Of a DNA stretch of 64,000 bases, positions 18,757 through 29,245 are shown piece after piece. Source of the stretch: a virus; IMG/VR virus record IMGVR_UViG_3300038441_001651, positions 5,934-69,933 of that record. The stretch is one strand, 5' to 3'. How positions within the stretch are numbered: position 1 is the stretch's first letter; every line of letters begins with the position of its first letter. Position numbers and translations under genes: made by a program. The notes under the pieces are model-generated. The model made no database searches, was not told where the DNA came from, and saw nothing but the letters and a program-made list of their open reading frames with translations.

Positions 18757-19458
18757 TTACTCCTGGGTACCGGCAGCCATGGCCTGGCGCTGGGCCAGAT
18801 CTTTCAGCTCGCTCTTGGTCAGCGGCGGCAGTACGGCGATGTTGTAAGCTTTGACGCAGCGCGGGGTGACAACTTCAATGCCTGCACGGCCGGTCTTTTC
18901 GCGGTCGAAGACCATGAATTCTTTGGTCATCAGCTCGTCGTAGAGCACCTTCTCGATGTGCCATTCGCGGTTGAACGGGATGAAGCGCTGGACGGTGCCG
19001 AAGTTGCGGTTCGAGACGCAGAGTAGCTCGCCCTTGAGGTTCTTCTTGGCCGGGTCCATGCAGGACACTTGCACGCGAACCAGGGCCAGAGCTTCACGCT
19101 TCAGGCGGTTGCGGCGAGCGCCTTCACTTTCATCGGCTGGCGCTGGTTTCTGGCCGGCAGCCAAAGCATCAGCTAGCGACGGCATCTTGGTGGGCTCTAC
19201 CGGGGACTTGATCTCACCGTCGTCGGTCGAAGGGGCCTGGGCAGGCGCAGTACCAGCAACAGGTTTTACTTCAGCCGCACCTACAGCGTGCACCGCAGGC
19301 ACAGGCTCGTGGGTGACAGGGCCGTCAGTGGATACAGCAGCATTGACGACTTCGCGTAGTTTCTCGACACCCCAGCGGCCGTCTACGGCAATACCGAGCT
19401 TTTCAGCACGCGCTTTCAGGGAATCCAGTTCAGATGGGGTTTGCAGTTCTTCAGACAT
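18757..19458 (-). CDS. N4 gp55-like protein
   Basis: Start MSEELQTPS with SD GGAG; C-terminal ALVRVQVSCMDP...LPPLTKSELKDLAQRQA; synteny. Confidence 0.8.
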   Translation of the reverse strand: MSEELQTPSELDSLKARAEKLGIAVDGRWGVEKLREVVNAAVSTDGPVTHEPVPAVHAVGAAEVKPVAGTAPAQAPSTDDGEIKSPVEPTKMPSLADALAAGQKPAPADESEGARRNRLKREALALVRVQVSCMDPAKKNLKGELLCVSNRNFGTVQRFIPFNREWHIEKVLYDELMTKEFMVFDREKTGRAGIEVVTPRCVKAYNIAVLPPLTKSELKDLAQRQAMAAGTQE

Positions 19459-19490
19459 TGCGTTTCTCCAGAAACGTTGTGGTGGTACCC

Positions 19491-19512
19491 AAAAGGGGAG
19501 CACTAGGCTCCC
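19491..19512 (-). terminator. intrinsic terminator after major capsid gene
   Basis: Minus strand GGGAGC-CTAGT-GCTCCC-CTTTT. Confidence 0.65.
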
Positions 19513-19531
19513 CGAATGGTATTGCTTGCCG

Positions 19532-20722
19532 TTACAGGCGCGCTACGGTCTTGATCAGACCGATACGCTCAGGACGCAGGGCCATGAAGCCGTAGTACCA
19601 CTTAATGGCCATGAAGCCCATCTCGCCGTACGGATCCAGGCGGTCAGCAGTCTCGACGCCAGGCATCTTCTTGATGATCTTGAACTTGGTCGACTGGCCA
19701 TCGGTCTGGAAACCAATGGTAGTGAACGAGCCCTGGCCGATGCAGAGCATCGGGAAAACATCATAGTTGGTGCCGTTGTCGTGGTTCGAAGCGTCGCCCG
19801 GCTCGATGGTCGCGCCAGCGCCGGCCCACTTCAGCATTTCAGGAACGATGATGACGCGGAATTCATCGATCTGGCCGATTTCACCGATCAGGGTTTCACC
19901 GCCGGCAGCGTACTTCTCGACCGAGATGAACGCAGGGTTGCCGTGCAGGTCCTTCATGGCCTTCAGGGTTGGGATCAGCTCGGAGCCACAGTGCAGCGGA
20001 CGGGCGCCCGGGATGGTACGGGTGTCGGTCAGGCGGGTACCGTTGATCTGCGTGATGGTACGCGGAGTGCGGTTGTTGGTCAGCTGGATGCCCAGGCGCA
20101 GCAGGTCATCGTAGGTCACCAGGTCATCTTTGCCGATGGTGGCGTTCGAGGTTGCGTCACCGGCGTAGCGGATTACACCCGCGGCGTTGATGATGTCGAT
20201 CTGCAGAGCCGCTTCGGACATCTGGTGTGCACCGTTCACCATTTCGCGGGTGATGTGCATGTCCAGCTCTTCGTCCGAGTCGAAGTCCAGGGATTCCTGG
20301 GTGAACTCGTCGTAGAAGCCGAACTTTTCCAGGGTGCCTTCCAGCTCGATACGGGTGAAGCCAACGCGGTTAACGCGGCCGCCGTGTTCGGTCAGGGTTG
20401 GCAGCTTGCCTGGGATCAGGCCGATGTCCTTGCTGGAACCATACAGGTTACCGTTGGCAATGACGGCGCCGTTGGCGTCGATGCCCTGGTCGTTGACGTT
20501 TCGGTCGTCGAGCAGTGGGATGTAGTGGAACTTGGTGATCTTCTTGCCCATGTGCTTCGGCATGACGGTAACGTCAGCGATCTGGGTGAAGAACTGTTCT
20601 TTACGCGCTTCGATCAGCGCTTGTTTCTGGTGAAATTCCTCGTAGGCCTGTGGGCCAATCGAAGAAGGGTTGCCAGGTGGGCTGTTGTAGGAAGCTGGGG
20701 TATACAGGTTTGGAGCTGCCAT
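19532..20722 (-). CDS. major capsid protein (N4 gp56-like)
   Basis: 396 aa; [46 protein letters not shown] motifs of N4-like capsids. Confidence 0.95.
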   Translation of the reverse strand: MAAPNLYTPASYNSPPGNPSSIGPQAYEEFHQKQALIEARKEQFFTQIADVTVMPKHMGKKITKFHYIPLLDDRNVNDQGIDANGAVIANGNLYGSSKDIGLIPGKLPTLTEHGGRVNRVGFTRIELEGTLEKFGFYDEFTQESLDFDSDEELDMHITREMVNGAHQMSEAALQIDIINAAGVIRYAGDATSNATIGKDDLVTYDDLLRLGIQLTNNRTPRTITQINGTRLTDTRTIPGARPLHCGSELIPTLKAMKDLHGNPAFISVEKYAAGGETLIGEIGQIDEFRVIIVPEMLKWAGAGATIEPGDASNHDNGTNYDVFPMLCIGQGSFTTIGFQTDGQSTKFKIIKKMPGVETADRLDPYGEMGFMAIKWYYGFMALRPERIGLIKTVARL

Positions 20723-20733
20723 GGTCTATTTCC

Positions 20734-21888
20734 TTAGCGTTTTGCTTGCTTCAAGAACTCTTCGTCGCTCATCGCGAGGAAGTTCGGCTTCTGTGCTACT
20801 TCGGATGCAGTCGATGCACCCGTCGAAGGGGCAGCAGCGCGACGGCGGTCTTCGTCGGTTTTACTCGACGGAGATTTCTTGCCTGGGGTAACCAACTTGG
20901 TGACGGGGCCTTTCGGCGCCGGCTTCGCGTTGAATGCCCCAGCCTGTGCCAGTTCTCGACCAATGTCGTTGTACGCCTGCATCAGGGGTACGCCATTCAG
21001 TTGGCCCAGCATCTGACGGTGGTTTACTTCGTCCATGATCTTGTCATAGACACCGTTTTCCATTTGCTCGGTCAGTTGCAGCAGCGAATTGGGGTGGTTA
21101 CCCACCAAAGCTTGAGACGCCTGGTCCCAGCCTTTCATTTCGTCTACCAGACGGCCGAATTGCTTCGAACTCTTGGCTTCGGCAATGACTTCTTCGAGGT
21201 CCAAAGATGCTTCGCTTGGTGCGCGAGACTCTGCGCGGTAGGCAGCAACTTTGTCGTCGTCGAGGTCATGTACGTCAACTTTGGAGTCCTTCAGCAACTT
21301 GCCGATAGCTTCCGGTTTTCCGGCGAGCAAGTCAACTGCGAATGCCAACTTTTCGTGGTCAAGCAGGTTGTTTTGCTCAAGAACTTTCACATAACCCAAG
21401 TTCTTCTTGTCGGCGGCACGCTTCTGCGAATAGTTGGCACCCATCTGCATCAGACGGATAGCTTCGTCCACATTACGCACTTTCATGTCCCGGCCGTTAG
21501 CACGGAACGATTCGAAGATACGGTGGGCATCTTCAGGCAGGACGGGAGTGGAAACCTCCGGTTTCTCTACCGGCTGTTGGCGATCTGCATCAGTTTGCTC
21601 TCGCGCATCAGTTTCGTCAGCTTCGTTCGTGCCCGGTTGGCGGCTTTCCGCGCTTTGCCCTTCGCCCTGCGTTTCTGCTTCGGCGTTGCCTTCAGCGGGG
21701 TCGCCATCCACAACAGGAACGTCTCCCGCATGTGGCTGTACGCTTTCTTCGGCGTTAAGGACATCGACAGTTTCGTCAGCTTTGACATTGGGTTGCTCCT
21801 GGGAAACAGCAGCAGCTTGTGCTTCAACCAACTTGGCCGGGCCTTGGGCCAGGAAGTCGGCGTCGGACATCGAGAGGAAGTCAGCCAT
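20734..21888 (-). CDS. N4 gp57-like protein (scaffold / tape-measure-like)
   Basis: Both termini carry FLxMSDxxF; FRANGRDMKV..EAIRLMQMGANY; lies between portal and capsid. Confidence 0.8.
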   Translation of the reverse strand: MADFLSMSDADFLAQGPAKLVEAQAAAVSQEQPNVKADETVDVLNAEESVQPHAGDVPVVDGDPAEGNAEAETQGEGQSAESRQPGTNEADETDAREQTDADRQQPVEKPEVSTPVLPEDAHRIFESFRANGRDMKVRNVDEAIRLMQMGANYSQKRAADKKNLGYVKVLEQNNLLDHEKLAFAVDLLAGKPEAIGKLLKDSKVDVHDLDDDKVAAYRAESRAPSEASLDLEEVIAEAKSSKQFGRLVDEMKGWDQASQALVGNHPNSLLQLTEQMENGVYDKIMDEVNHRQMLGQLNGVPLMQAYNDIGRELAQAGAFNAKPAPKGPVTKLVTPGKKSPSSKTDEDRRRAAAPSTGASTASEVAQKPNFLAMSDEEFLKQAKR

Positions 21889-21890
21889 GC

Positions 21891-22232
21891 TTATTCCTCC
21901 AGAGCTTCACGCAGTTGGAGAGCTTCTTCTTCTTCGTGTTCTTTGAGGGTGCGCTTGGCAACCTCGGCCGCAGTGCGGAGGGTGCGGAAGAAGGCATTCA
22001 GCTGGGCAACAGCCGACAGATCACGAATAACATTGGCCTGGCCTTGCGGGGTTTCACACGCAGGATCGGCGAGCATCAGGGTCAAGCGGTGGGCTTCACG
22101 CTTGAAGTAACCATCCATGATGAGTTCGTTGAAGTCGGGGTTGTTCAGCAGACGTTCGAGGCAATCACCGCGGGAAATGATGCTTTTACACTCTTCCATG
22201 GTGACTTTGATTTCTTTGACAGCATTGCCCAT
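21891..22232 (-). CDS. N4 gp58-like protein
   Basis: SD AGGAG before MGNAVKEIKV; LERLLNNPDFNELIMDGYF motif; synteny. Confidence 0.75.
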   Translation of the reverse strand: MGNAVKEIKVTMEECKSIISRGDCLERLLNNPDFNELIMDGYFKREAHRLTLMLADPACETPQGQANVIRDLSAVAQLNAFFRTLRTAAEVAKRTLKEHEEEEALQLREALEE

Positions 22233-22297
22233 TTGGGTTGCTCCTGATGGTTGGTTGTGGGGACTTCCGTAGAAGTCCCGCATATTACAAAAGTTTT

Positions 22298-24451
22298 TTA
22301 CAGCGCGCCAGGTTTATTCAACTGGCTAGCCTCTTGCTGACGAATCAGCGACTGGACTGCCTGCAATCGTGCCTGACTTTCAGCTTGTCGGTCAAGAGAC
22401 TGCAAGTTGCGCTCTTGTGTCACGCCGGACTCTTGTTCCAGGAAGTCGAGGTTAGTTTTGTCGGCGTTCGCGTTCAATGCGTTGGCCTTCGCCACTTCGG
22501 TACCTTGTTTAACACCGGCCAGCTGAGCACCAGAAGCATAGTGCATTGCCTTGGCTTGTTCGGTTGCGATCTGCGCTTGCAACAGTTCAAGCTCCAGTTG
22601 GGCCTTCATCTGCGCTATTGGGTCAGGTTGCGGCTTATGATCTCGAATCTTCTTGGCCAGGTCGGGCATTTTGCGCAGTTCGGCAATATCACCCAGGATC
22701 AAGGCAGTCACATCCCACCCCACGTTCGGGCCAACGGTCTGCAACATGAACGACAGTTCTTGAGCCTTGGAGTTGTCTTCTTCTGCAGTGGAGATCGACA
22801 AGCTCAGGTCGAAGTTGCCGGCCAGATCGTCCCGACGGATGTCCACGAACTGTTCGTTGGTGACCCGGATGACTTCCCGGTCTTCCAGGAACACGGCGTT
22901 CATGGCGATGATCTTGCGGCCTACGTGCACCATACCGGCAGCCAGACGGCGCAGGATGCCCAGTTCACGCTTGGATGCAGCGTCCAGTGCACCACGCACA
23001 CCAGTTGCTGTATCACCCAGCGAGCTGCCGCTCAAACCAGCAGAGAAAGCCTGTACGCCGGTGAGACCTTCAGCCTGGCGGTTCTGTAGCTCCAGCATCT
23101 GCCACGCCGACACAGGGATTTCCTGGAAGGTGTGCATGTGGAATGCGGATCGCGGGTCACTACCCGGGTTGAACTCGTAGTTCTTCCCTTCGTTGAACTT
23201 CCGCAGGTTTGGTGCGTCGAGTGCACCCTTCATCATGCCGACCTGGCCGTTGGCCGACTTGGCAAACACATCAACCATACCGCGGGAGATTGCACCAGCA
23301 GTCTTCTGGTTTTCGATCAGCAGCGAACCGTCGCTCTCACCGTAGACCGATTCGAAGATGGGCAGGTAAGCAATGGCGGTAAACGGCAGCTTCTGATCCG
23401 GGAAGGGGTTCTCTTCCATCCGAATCAGTACATCGCCTACCCACGCAGCGACAAAAGGCTGCACACGACCACTACCGTCCAGATCACGGTATCCCCAGTA
23501 CTCATAGACAACGAATTTACTACGCGGCTTATCCACGAAGTTGAACGTTTTATCTTTGGCTTCGACTGCATAGTCTGGTTCAGAGAGCGGATTCGACTGA
23601 TCGACATTGATCTTCTCCAGGTTTTTGTACCGGCCATCCTTCTTCAGGTCAGACAGGCTGGAAGTGAATTTGTGCACAATGAAATTGGCGTCGTCGAGGA
23701 TACCCTTGCAGGTTGGGTCCACGATGATGTCACGATGCGAGCAAACCATGATGGTAGGGTGGTTTGCCAGCACATCTTCGACTTCCTCTTCCAGGTAGCC
23801 CTCAATCGACGGCTCATAAGGAATGCCGTCACCCTGGTACGCTTCATGCGCCAGACGATAGCCTTCGTCCACCTCGAAGTATTCAGACGGGGATTCGGCC
23901 TGGAGCTGGTCCAACTGCAGCATGATCTCTGCATATTCAGGGTTCTGCGTCAGTTTGTACTGCGGGACTTGCTCTTTGCGGTTCTCGACCTCCCGTTTCC
24001 AGCCGGTCTTCAGGAAAGCCACACCAGTATCAACTGCCGCGCGTACCATAGTGTCGATCAGGTGCTGTTTACCGATCTTGGTGTTCAACTGGTTGTTCAG
24101 CAACATCCCATTCTGCCGGGCCGCATTGCGGTCTTCGGCAGTGACTGGCTTCACCTCGTAGATGTCGGGGGAAGACAGGAACGGTTCAGACAGGGAGGCA
24201 TAGCGCCACTCTGCCTGTTGACGGATCAGCTTCGGCTGAACCTGGGACTTGCCTACCACTTTTGGCGCAGCACCGCGGCCTTTGGTGTGCAGGTAGTCCA
24301 ACCACTCGTCAATCAGCTGTACCTGGGCAGAATGCGAGGTGTTCGAGTTCTCGACATCCCGCTTCAGCTCGGTTAGCGTTGGCTCGTGGGCCCAGTCGGT
24401 CAGTTTTCGCTGATTCAGCGTTTCGACCGGTTGTTTCTCTTCTTGTGCCAT
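22298..24451 (-). CDS. portal protein (N4 gp59-like)
   Basis: LTDWAHEPTL, PKLIRQQAEWRYASLSEPFL, ENPFPDQKLPF, GNFDLSLSISTAEED; SD AGGAG 8 nt before ATG at 24451. Confidence 0.95.
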   Translation of the reverse strand: MAQEEKQPVETLNQRKLTDWAHEPTLTELKRDVENSNTSHSAQVQLIDEWLDYLHTKGRGAAPKVVGKSQVQPKLIRQQAEWRYASLSEPFLSSPDIYEVKPVTAEDRNAARQNGMLLNNQLNTKIGKQHLIDTMVRAAVDTGVAFLKTGWKREVENRKEQVPQYKLTQNPEYAEIMLQLDQLQAESPSEYFEVDEGYRLAHEAYQGDGIPYEPSIEGYLEEEVEDVLANHPTIMVCSHRDIIVDPTCKGILDDANFIVHKFTSSLSDLKKDGRYKNLEKINVDQSNPLSEPDYAVEAKDKTFNFVDKPRSKFVVYEYWGYRDLDGSGRVQPFVAAWVGDVLIRMEENPFPDQKLPFTAIAYLPIFESVYGESDGSLLIENQKTAGAISRGMVDVFAKSANGQVGMMKGALDAPNLRKFNEGKNYEFNPGSDPRSAFHMHTFQEIPVSAWQMLELQNRQAEGLTGVQAFSAGLSGSSLGDTATGVRGALDAASKRELGILRRLAAGMVHVGRKIIAMNAVFLEDREVIRVTNEQFVDIRRDDLAGNFDLSLSISTAEEDNSKAQELSFMLQTVGPNVGWDVTALILGDIAELRKMPDLAKKIRDHKPQPDPIAQMKAQLELELLQAQIATEQAKAMHYASGAQLAGVKQGTEVAKANALNANADKTNLDFLEQESGVTQERNLQSLDRQAESQARLQAVQSLIRQQEASQLNKPGAL

Positions 24452-24475
24452 GGGCACATCTCCTAAACCAATGAA

Positions 24476-24913
24476 GTGAGTATCTTAATGGAAATCATCA
24501 AACTGCACCCGAATCTTCAACACCCAACTCGTGGTACCGACGGTGCGGCAGGCTACGACATCTTCATGCCCGAGGCTGGTACTTCCATGCACGGTCGGGG
24601 CAAACTTACCGGACTTGGTTTCGCTTGCAAGGTTCCGGCCGGCCATGTGGCGTTGATTCTGCCACGTTCGAGTGCCGGTGTGAAATTTGGTGTGCATTTG
24701 GGCAACACCGTCGGCGTTATCGACAGTGATTACGAAGGCGAGTGGAAGGTGAACATTCGCCAGCACGAAAACGATATTGTGGACTGGGCTGCAGGTGATC
24801 GCCTGTTCCAGTTCATCGTTGTGCCAGTTGCTACCCCTTTCCTGGAATTCGTTGACAAGTTCAGCGAATCCAGCGTACGTGGGGAGGGCGGGTTTGGTTC
24901 TACGGGTAAATAG
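24476..24913 (+). CDS. dut: trimeric dUTPase
   Basis: Motifs AAGYD, PRSSAG, GVIDSDYEGE, GDRLFQ, RGEGGFGSTG. Confidence 0.97.
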   Translation: MSILMEIIKLHPNLQHPTRGTDGAAGYDIFMPEAGTSMHGRGKLTGLGFACKVPAGHVALILPRSSAGVKFGVHLGNTVGVIDSDYEGEWKVNIRQHENDIVDWAAGDRLFQFIVVPVATPFLEFVDKFSESSVRGEGGFGSTGK

Positions 24914-24949
24914 ATTTTTTGAACGGCGGGGGAGTAACCCCGCCATCCC

Positions 24950-24974
24950 AAGGGGCCATTGCGGCCCCTTTCTT
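24950..24974 (+). terminator. terminator after dut, preceded by a GAGTAA-loop hairpin at 24925-24944
   Basis: AAGGGGCC-ATTGC-GGCCCCTT-TCTT; upstream GGCGGGG-GAGTAA-CCCCGCC. Confidence 0.6.
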
Positions 24975-25641
24975 ATGCCCAGCCGGCGCGACGAATCGCG
25001 TTGGTTTGCTGCTCAACGTAACCGAGATCCAGGCCTGCATCCGTCAGGCGTGCACACTCTGCGTTGTACAGCCCGAAGTATGCGTTCAGTGCCTGGGTGC
25101 CATCCTGCAGGCCGACAGGCATGTGCAGCCGGCTCGCGGTGTACAAGCACAGCGCCCACAGATACGGCATGTCCAGGTCGATCTCGGTGATCTCCGGGTC
25201 AATGTCGCCGTAGCAGTCCATGATCCGGGAACCCAGCGAGCGATACTTCACCACCAGGTTCTTCACCGGGTAATCCCGGCGCAGGACAGGTGGCACGACC
25301 ATGGTCAGTCGATTGAGGAAGTTCACTGAACGGTCAGTGAAATCGTTTACGGCGATCTCCCGGCTGTGCTCATCTTGTACACTGTGCAGCTGGAGGAAGC
25401 GCCCATTCACCTGGGTGCCATAATCCGCCAGGTTGTACACCTCTTTGTCAGCTTCGATAGGTACCGTCACGGTACCCACCTTTAGCTTGAACCGGGTGTG
25501 CAAATCCACCAAACCAGCGTTCATAACCTCAACGATGGCTTGATACTTGGTCGGCATGATCTTGCCGGTGCCTTGGTCGACGCAACTGAGCTGGTTCAGC
25601 TCAGACATCTCCATTTGGGTGAAAGCGGTAGAAAGTTTCAT
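24973..25641 (-). CDS. virion protein (N4 gp67-like, head-tail adaptor)
   Basis: MKLSTAFTQMEMSELNQLS, NAGLVDLHTRFKLK, LWALCLYTASR; synteny next to terminase. Confidence 0.8.
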   Translation of the reverse strand: MKLSTAFTQMEMSELNQLSCVDQGTGKIMPTKYQAIVEVMNAGLVDLHTRFKLKVGTVTVPIEADKEVYNLADYGTQVNGRFLQLHSVQDEHSREIAVNDFTDRSVNFLNRLTMVVPPVLRRDYPVKNLVVKYRSLGSRIMDCYGDIDPEITEIDLDMPYLWALCLYTASRLHMPVGLQDGTQALNAYFGLYNAECARLTDAGLDLGYVEQQTNAIRRAGWA

Positions 25642-25647
25642 GATTCC

Positions 25648-27306
25648 TCACACGAGATAGTTAGCCAACGGACTTGGTTCCGATGCCACATCATCATCCC
25701 ACATTCCACCACCTTCGCGCTGCTCCACTTCACCTGCGGTAGGTGCCACCGGTTTCATCACAGCCAACATCGAAATGGTGTCGATGAAGTCGTCTTTCTT
25801 CGAACGGAAGCCAGAAGCAGAGGCAAGACTCAACTCGCTGTACATCTCCTGCATGATCGGGCCTTCCTTGTCCTCTTCCGGGAAGTAGATCTTGTGTAGC
25901 TTGAACAGTGGCACAACGGTGTTGAATCGCTGCATCTTGTTCGTGTTCGGGCGGATACCCGGCTTGTTGCTGTTCCCTTCACTGGCCAGGTTGAAGTAGA
26001 TGTTGCGCTGCACCATCTGGTCCTGAATCCAAGGAATGAAGCCGGCTTGCTGCCCCGACACCTCAACGCCGACGTTCATCGGCCGCCAACGCGAAACCAA
26101 GGTGAACAAGTCGTTGATGTTCGCGCCCATGTCTTGCCGGCGGCAAATGCCGTCGACCCAGTACCAGTCGCCGTTGTAGTTGTACGCCCACACCGAGATC
26201 ACGCTGAAGTCGTTGGCTTGCTTCTCGCTCACTGCAAAGTCGGTCGTGATGTAGAAGTTGAAGCTCGACTTGAACTTCATCACCTGGCGTTTCTTGTACC
26301 ACTGGATTTCGCCGTCGAGAATCAGGCGGTCGTCGTCCGACATGATGCGCAGCATCAATTCCTGGTTGAAGGTGTCCACCTTACCGACCTTCACAGCCGT
26401 CTCGTACTTCTTCTTCACGAAGCTATACGGGAAACGGTCCGGCCAGGCCCCCCGGAAGTCCACCTCCGCGCACGGGAATTGATCGCAAACCGGGTAGACG
26501 TTGACACGCCAAGCCCCGGACTCAATCGCCTTATACAGCGGGTCCTTGGCGTTAAACGGGGTACCCGACCAGATGATCATGTTCCGCTCTGGGTGCAGCG
26601 CATGGTCCACCGCCTTATAGATGGTGTCCTCTACCGCGGCGATCACCGTGGCCGAGCGTGCATCTTCGTCGCTGATCAAGTCATCGAGCACCGCCAGGCG
26701 CGGCCGCTTACCCATCTCCTTCGACCCCCGCACACCCGTCTTGGCGCCGTAGCCCTTGACGATGAACACGTTGCCGTCCAGGTTGACGAACTTCCACCGC
26801 AAGTCGGTGAATTCTGTCCCATTTGGGTTGTCCGGACTCTTAGGCGGCATGTATTTCTGCAGAAAATCGCTGTTTTCATAGCGATACTGCAAGTTCTTGC
26901 GCATGTTCTTCACACCGTTCTCGATGCTATCCGACACGTACAAGGCCAGCTCAATACGCCCGAAATTGGGCAATCCGCCGTACATTCCCAGGTAAAGGAA
27001 CAAATACTCACCCATCAGGGTAGTTTTCGCCGCACCCCGGAAGACCATGTTCGCCAAACGAGGGAACTTGTTCAATTCCCCCTTGCCGTCGTACTCCAGG
27101 TCATCAATGTTGTCCAGCATGTGCAAGTGCAGCACCGGGGTGGTGTTCTCCTCCCCTTGCCCGCCATTCACCAGCTTGATGAACGTGACGAACTCCAATG
27201 CGAAGTTGGACGGCACATAGTGTGGATCGGTGGAGTAATCCACCCCATCCAGCCACTGATCGACCGTCTTGTACGCTTCTTCTACCGGAATGCAGACTTC
27301 GGTCAT
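25648..27306 (-). CDS. terminase large subunit (N4 gp68-like)
   Basis: Walker A-like FRGAAKTT, Walker B LAVLDD, nuclease YITTDFAVS and KKDDFIDTISML. Confidence 0.95.
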   Translation of the reverse strand: MTEVCIPVEEAYKTVDQWLDGVDYSTDPHYVPSNFALEFVTFIKLVNGGQGEENTTPVLHLHMLDNIDDLEYDGKGELNKFPRLANMVFRGAAKTTLMGEYLFLYLGMYGGLPNFGRIELALYVSDSIENGVKNMRKNLQYRYENSDFLQKYMPPKSPDNPNGTEFTDLRWKFVNLDGNVFIVKGYGAKTGVRGSKEMGKRPRLAVLDDLISDEDARSATVIAAVEDTIYKAVDHALHPERNMIIWSGTPFNAKDPLYKAIESGAWRVNVYPVCDQFPCAEVDFRGAWPDRFPYSFVKKKYETAVKVGKVDTFNQELMLRIMSDDDRLILDGEIQWYKKRQVMKFKSSFNFYITTDFAVSEKQANDFSVISVWAYNYNGDWYWVDGICRRQDMGANINDLFTLVSRWRPMNVGVEVSGQQAGFIPWIQDQMVQRNIYFNLASEGNSNKPGIRPNTNKMQRFNTVVPLFKLHKIYFPEEDKEGPIMQEMYSELSLASASGFRSKKDDFIDTISMLAVMKPVAPTAGEVEQREGGGMWDDDVASEPSPLANYLV

Positions 27307-27986
27307 TGCTGCACCTCAAAAGGTAGCCGTTGCGCGGCAACCTCCTTCGCATTCGCCAGACCCGAGCTGATATGCGCACGCTGCTGGTCCGCCAGCTCCT
27401 GCATCTGCTTACGCACCGCGGCCATGGTATCGCCCACCTCCTCGCTGACATCCAGTGTGATCTTGGTTTTCTCTGGCTGCTTCAGATGGGTCAGGATGGA
27501 GTTGGCTGCGTCACAGCGCACCTTCTCGCTGGAGGCGTTCACCATCAGGTCAGCCTGCGTCATGAGCGCCTGCTGGAACAGATCCTGGTTGCCAACCCAC
27601 ACCGGTACCAAGGCTTGCTCCATGATCAACGTCACGAGCTTGCTCTTGTTGTACGCGCTGATGTACGAGGCAATGTCTTTCTGCGGCACATTACGGTTAC
27701 AGAAGTCCTGGTACTTGGCCGGGAAAGTCGCCACATACGCATCCAGGTTGCTCTTGCCCATTAGCTTCTGGGTCACGTACTTAACCGCGTACACATACCC
27801 CTCAAGCTTGAACTTACCCTCCTTCAGGACAGTCGTGTGGCCTACCAGACGGTCACGGTACTGCTCTGCCAGGTTAGGGTCCGTCAGCAACGCATTCAGC
27901 CCATCCTGCACTTCCTGGGTCAAATTCCCACGGAACTGCGCCGGCAGGCACTGCTTGAACTGGTCTGCTGTCAAAAGGTTGCTCAT
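27303..27986 (-). CDS. N4 gp69-like protein (putative terminase small subunit)
   Basis: Start MSNLLTADQFKQCLP; AYNKSKLVTLIMEQ, SEKVRCDAANSILTHLK; directly upstream of terminase. Confidence 0.85.
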   Translation of the reverse strand: MSNLLTADQFKQCLPAQFRGNLTQEVQDGLNALLTDPNLAEQYRDRLVGHTTVLKEGKFKLEGYVYAVKYVTQKLMGKSNLDAYVATFPAKYQDFCNRNVPQKDIASYISAYNKSKLVTLIMEQALVPVWVGNQDLFQQALMTQADLMVNASSEKVRCDAANSILTHLKQPEKTKITLDVSEEVGDTMAAVRKQMQELADQQRAHISSGLANAKEVAAQRLPFEVQQ

Positions 27987-27990
27987 GTGC

Positions 27991-28380
27991 TTAATCCTTG
28001 AACAGTTTGTAACGGGATTGCTCAAACAGCTCCAGTGCTTCCCGCAACAGCCACTGTACCGTATATGCCTCGTATTCCTTGCCGGGATTCTTCTCCCGCA
28101 TGTCTTTCTTGATTCGCTGCCAGATATGCTGCACTTCGTGTGCAATCAGCGTGGCAATGGCCAGCTTGTTGCGATCAGGGCCCAGATGGTCACCAACCGT
28201 TAAAGCACAGACAGTCCCGTCGGGGGTGTCATAGAAAGTGGTCACCCGGGCATCTGCCGTTGGGTACTCCTCACCCTTCACACCCAGGCGCTTCATCAGC
28301 TTCTTCCAGGCCTTCTTGTTCGGCACAAACACCGACTGAACATGGTAGGGCCCCGGGGTAAACCACAACGGCTCACTCAC
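27991..28380 (-). CDS. hypothetical protein with HExxH (AHEVQH) motif
   Basis: 129 aa, HExxH followed by EYEAY, suggesting a metallopeptidase-like fold. Confidence 0.65.
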   Translation of the reverse strand: MSEPLWFTPGPYHVQSVFVPNKKAWKKLMKRLGVKGEEYPTADARVTTFYDTPDGTVCALTVGDHLGPDRNKLAIATLIAHEVQHIWQRIKKDMREKNPGKEYEAYTVQWLLREALELFEQSRYKLFKD

Positions 28381-28592
28381 AGGCGACCCCCGATCTTCCG
28401 GTCAATATCTTCTGCGTAGACCACCTGCCGTGCACAAGTGCACCCATTACGATCATAGTCACGCTGAATAGCCACCCGAGGGCTCATATGCAGGGTCTTC
28501 ACCTGCCATACGTGAGCCTCAGTACAGCCCAGGCATTTGGCCTCAACCACGTCATCAATCTTCAGATCTTCCAGATTCATATCTCTTCCCAC
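28377..28592 (-). CDS. hypothetical protein
   Basis: Overlapping start/stop coupling with both neighbours; CxxC and CxC. Confidence 0.55.
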   Translation of the reverse strand: MGRDMNLEDLKIDDVVEAKCLGCTEAHVWQVKTLHMSPRVAIQRDYDRNGCTCARQVVYAEDIDRKIGGRL

Positions 28593-28843
28593 AGTTTGAT
28601 GAAGTCTTCGTGCTCAGCGAGCCAGATATTACCCCCGCGCTGCAACACTACCCATTCGCCAGGCTCAACCTGCTGCCATTGCCCCGTAATCACCCGAACC
28701 TCGACAAACCCTTCGTCATCGAACCGTAGCTTACCCAGGTTGTACACTGCGTGAAACCAAGAAGGCCAACAGGCACAGTGGCCCTCGAAACGGTGGGCAA
28801 TGTACTCAAAGGGCCGATCAACCCGGCGAAACTTGCGAACCAT
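28577..28843 (-). CDS. hypothetical protein
   Basis: Likely start MVRKFRRV at 28843; last gene before the strand switch. Confidence 0.6.
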   Translation of the reverse strand: MVRKFRRVDRPFEYIAHRFEGHCACWPSWFHAVYNLGKLRFDDEGFVEVRVITGQWQQVEPGEWVVLQRGGNIWLAEHEDFIKLWEEI

Positions 28844-28849
28844 GGTACA

Positions 28850-29055
28850 ACACCCCCGAACAATAGAATAGGGGTGAGTATAGGTCACATAGGTGTAGTA
28901 CGAAATATAAAATTTAGAACCCGCGGGATTTGGGGAAAAATTCTGTAGGGGTATGAACACAGTACTTATGTATTCGTTCTTGGTTTCCGGGAGTACCCCC
29001 CCGGGGTCCTGTTCTCTTGAGTTTTCCTCAAAGACCCACCCCAGGTACCCTTACC
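28850..29055. other. probable genome-end / terminal-repeat region
   Basis: Strand switch between last late gene and first early promoter; N4-like phages have their direct terminal repeats here (inference, ends not visible in sequence). Confidence 0.5.
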
Positions 29056-29073
29056 GGGCCTTCGGCCCTGTAA
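29056..29073 (+). promoter_or_regulatory. vRNAP-type hairpin promoter P-a
   Basis: GGGCC-TTC-GGCCC-TGTA-A; template strand forms the C-GAA-G triloop hairpin known for N4 vRNAP promoters. Confidence 0.7.
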
Positions 29074-29174
29074 TGCATGCTTTAGCGGAGACCTCTTCAG
29101 TGATCATTGAAATGCTCTGTACTCTGGCTGTTGCTGTGTGGTTCGACGATACCGTGAGTGGTATCTGGAATCTG

Positions 29175-29191
29175 TAGCCTTCGGCCTTGTG
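29175..29191 (+). promoter_or_regulatory. degenerate vRNAP-type hairpin promoter P-b
   Basis: TAGCC-TTC-GGCCT-TGTG, immediately followed by a 12-bp cUUCGg hairpin (29189-29216). Confidence 0.45.
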
Positions 29192-29245
29192 GTGGATACC
29201 TTCGGGTGTTCACCACTATTCTTTTCCTTAGCTAGGAGATACACC

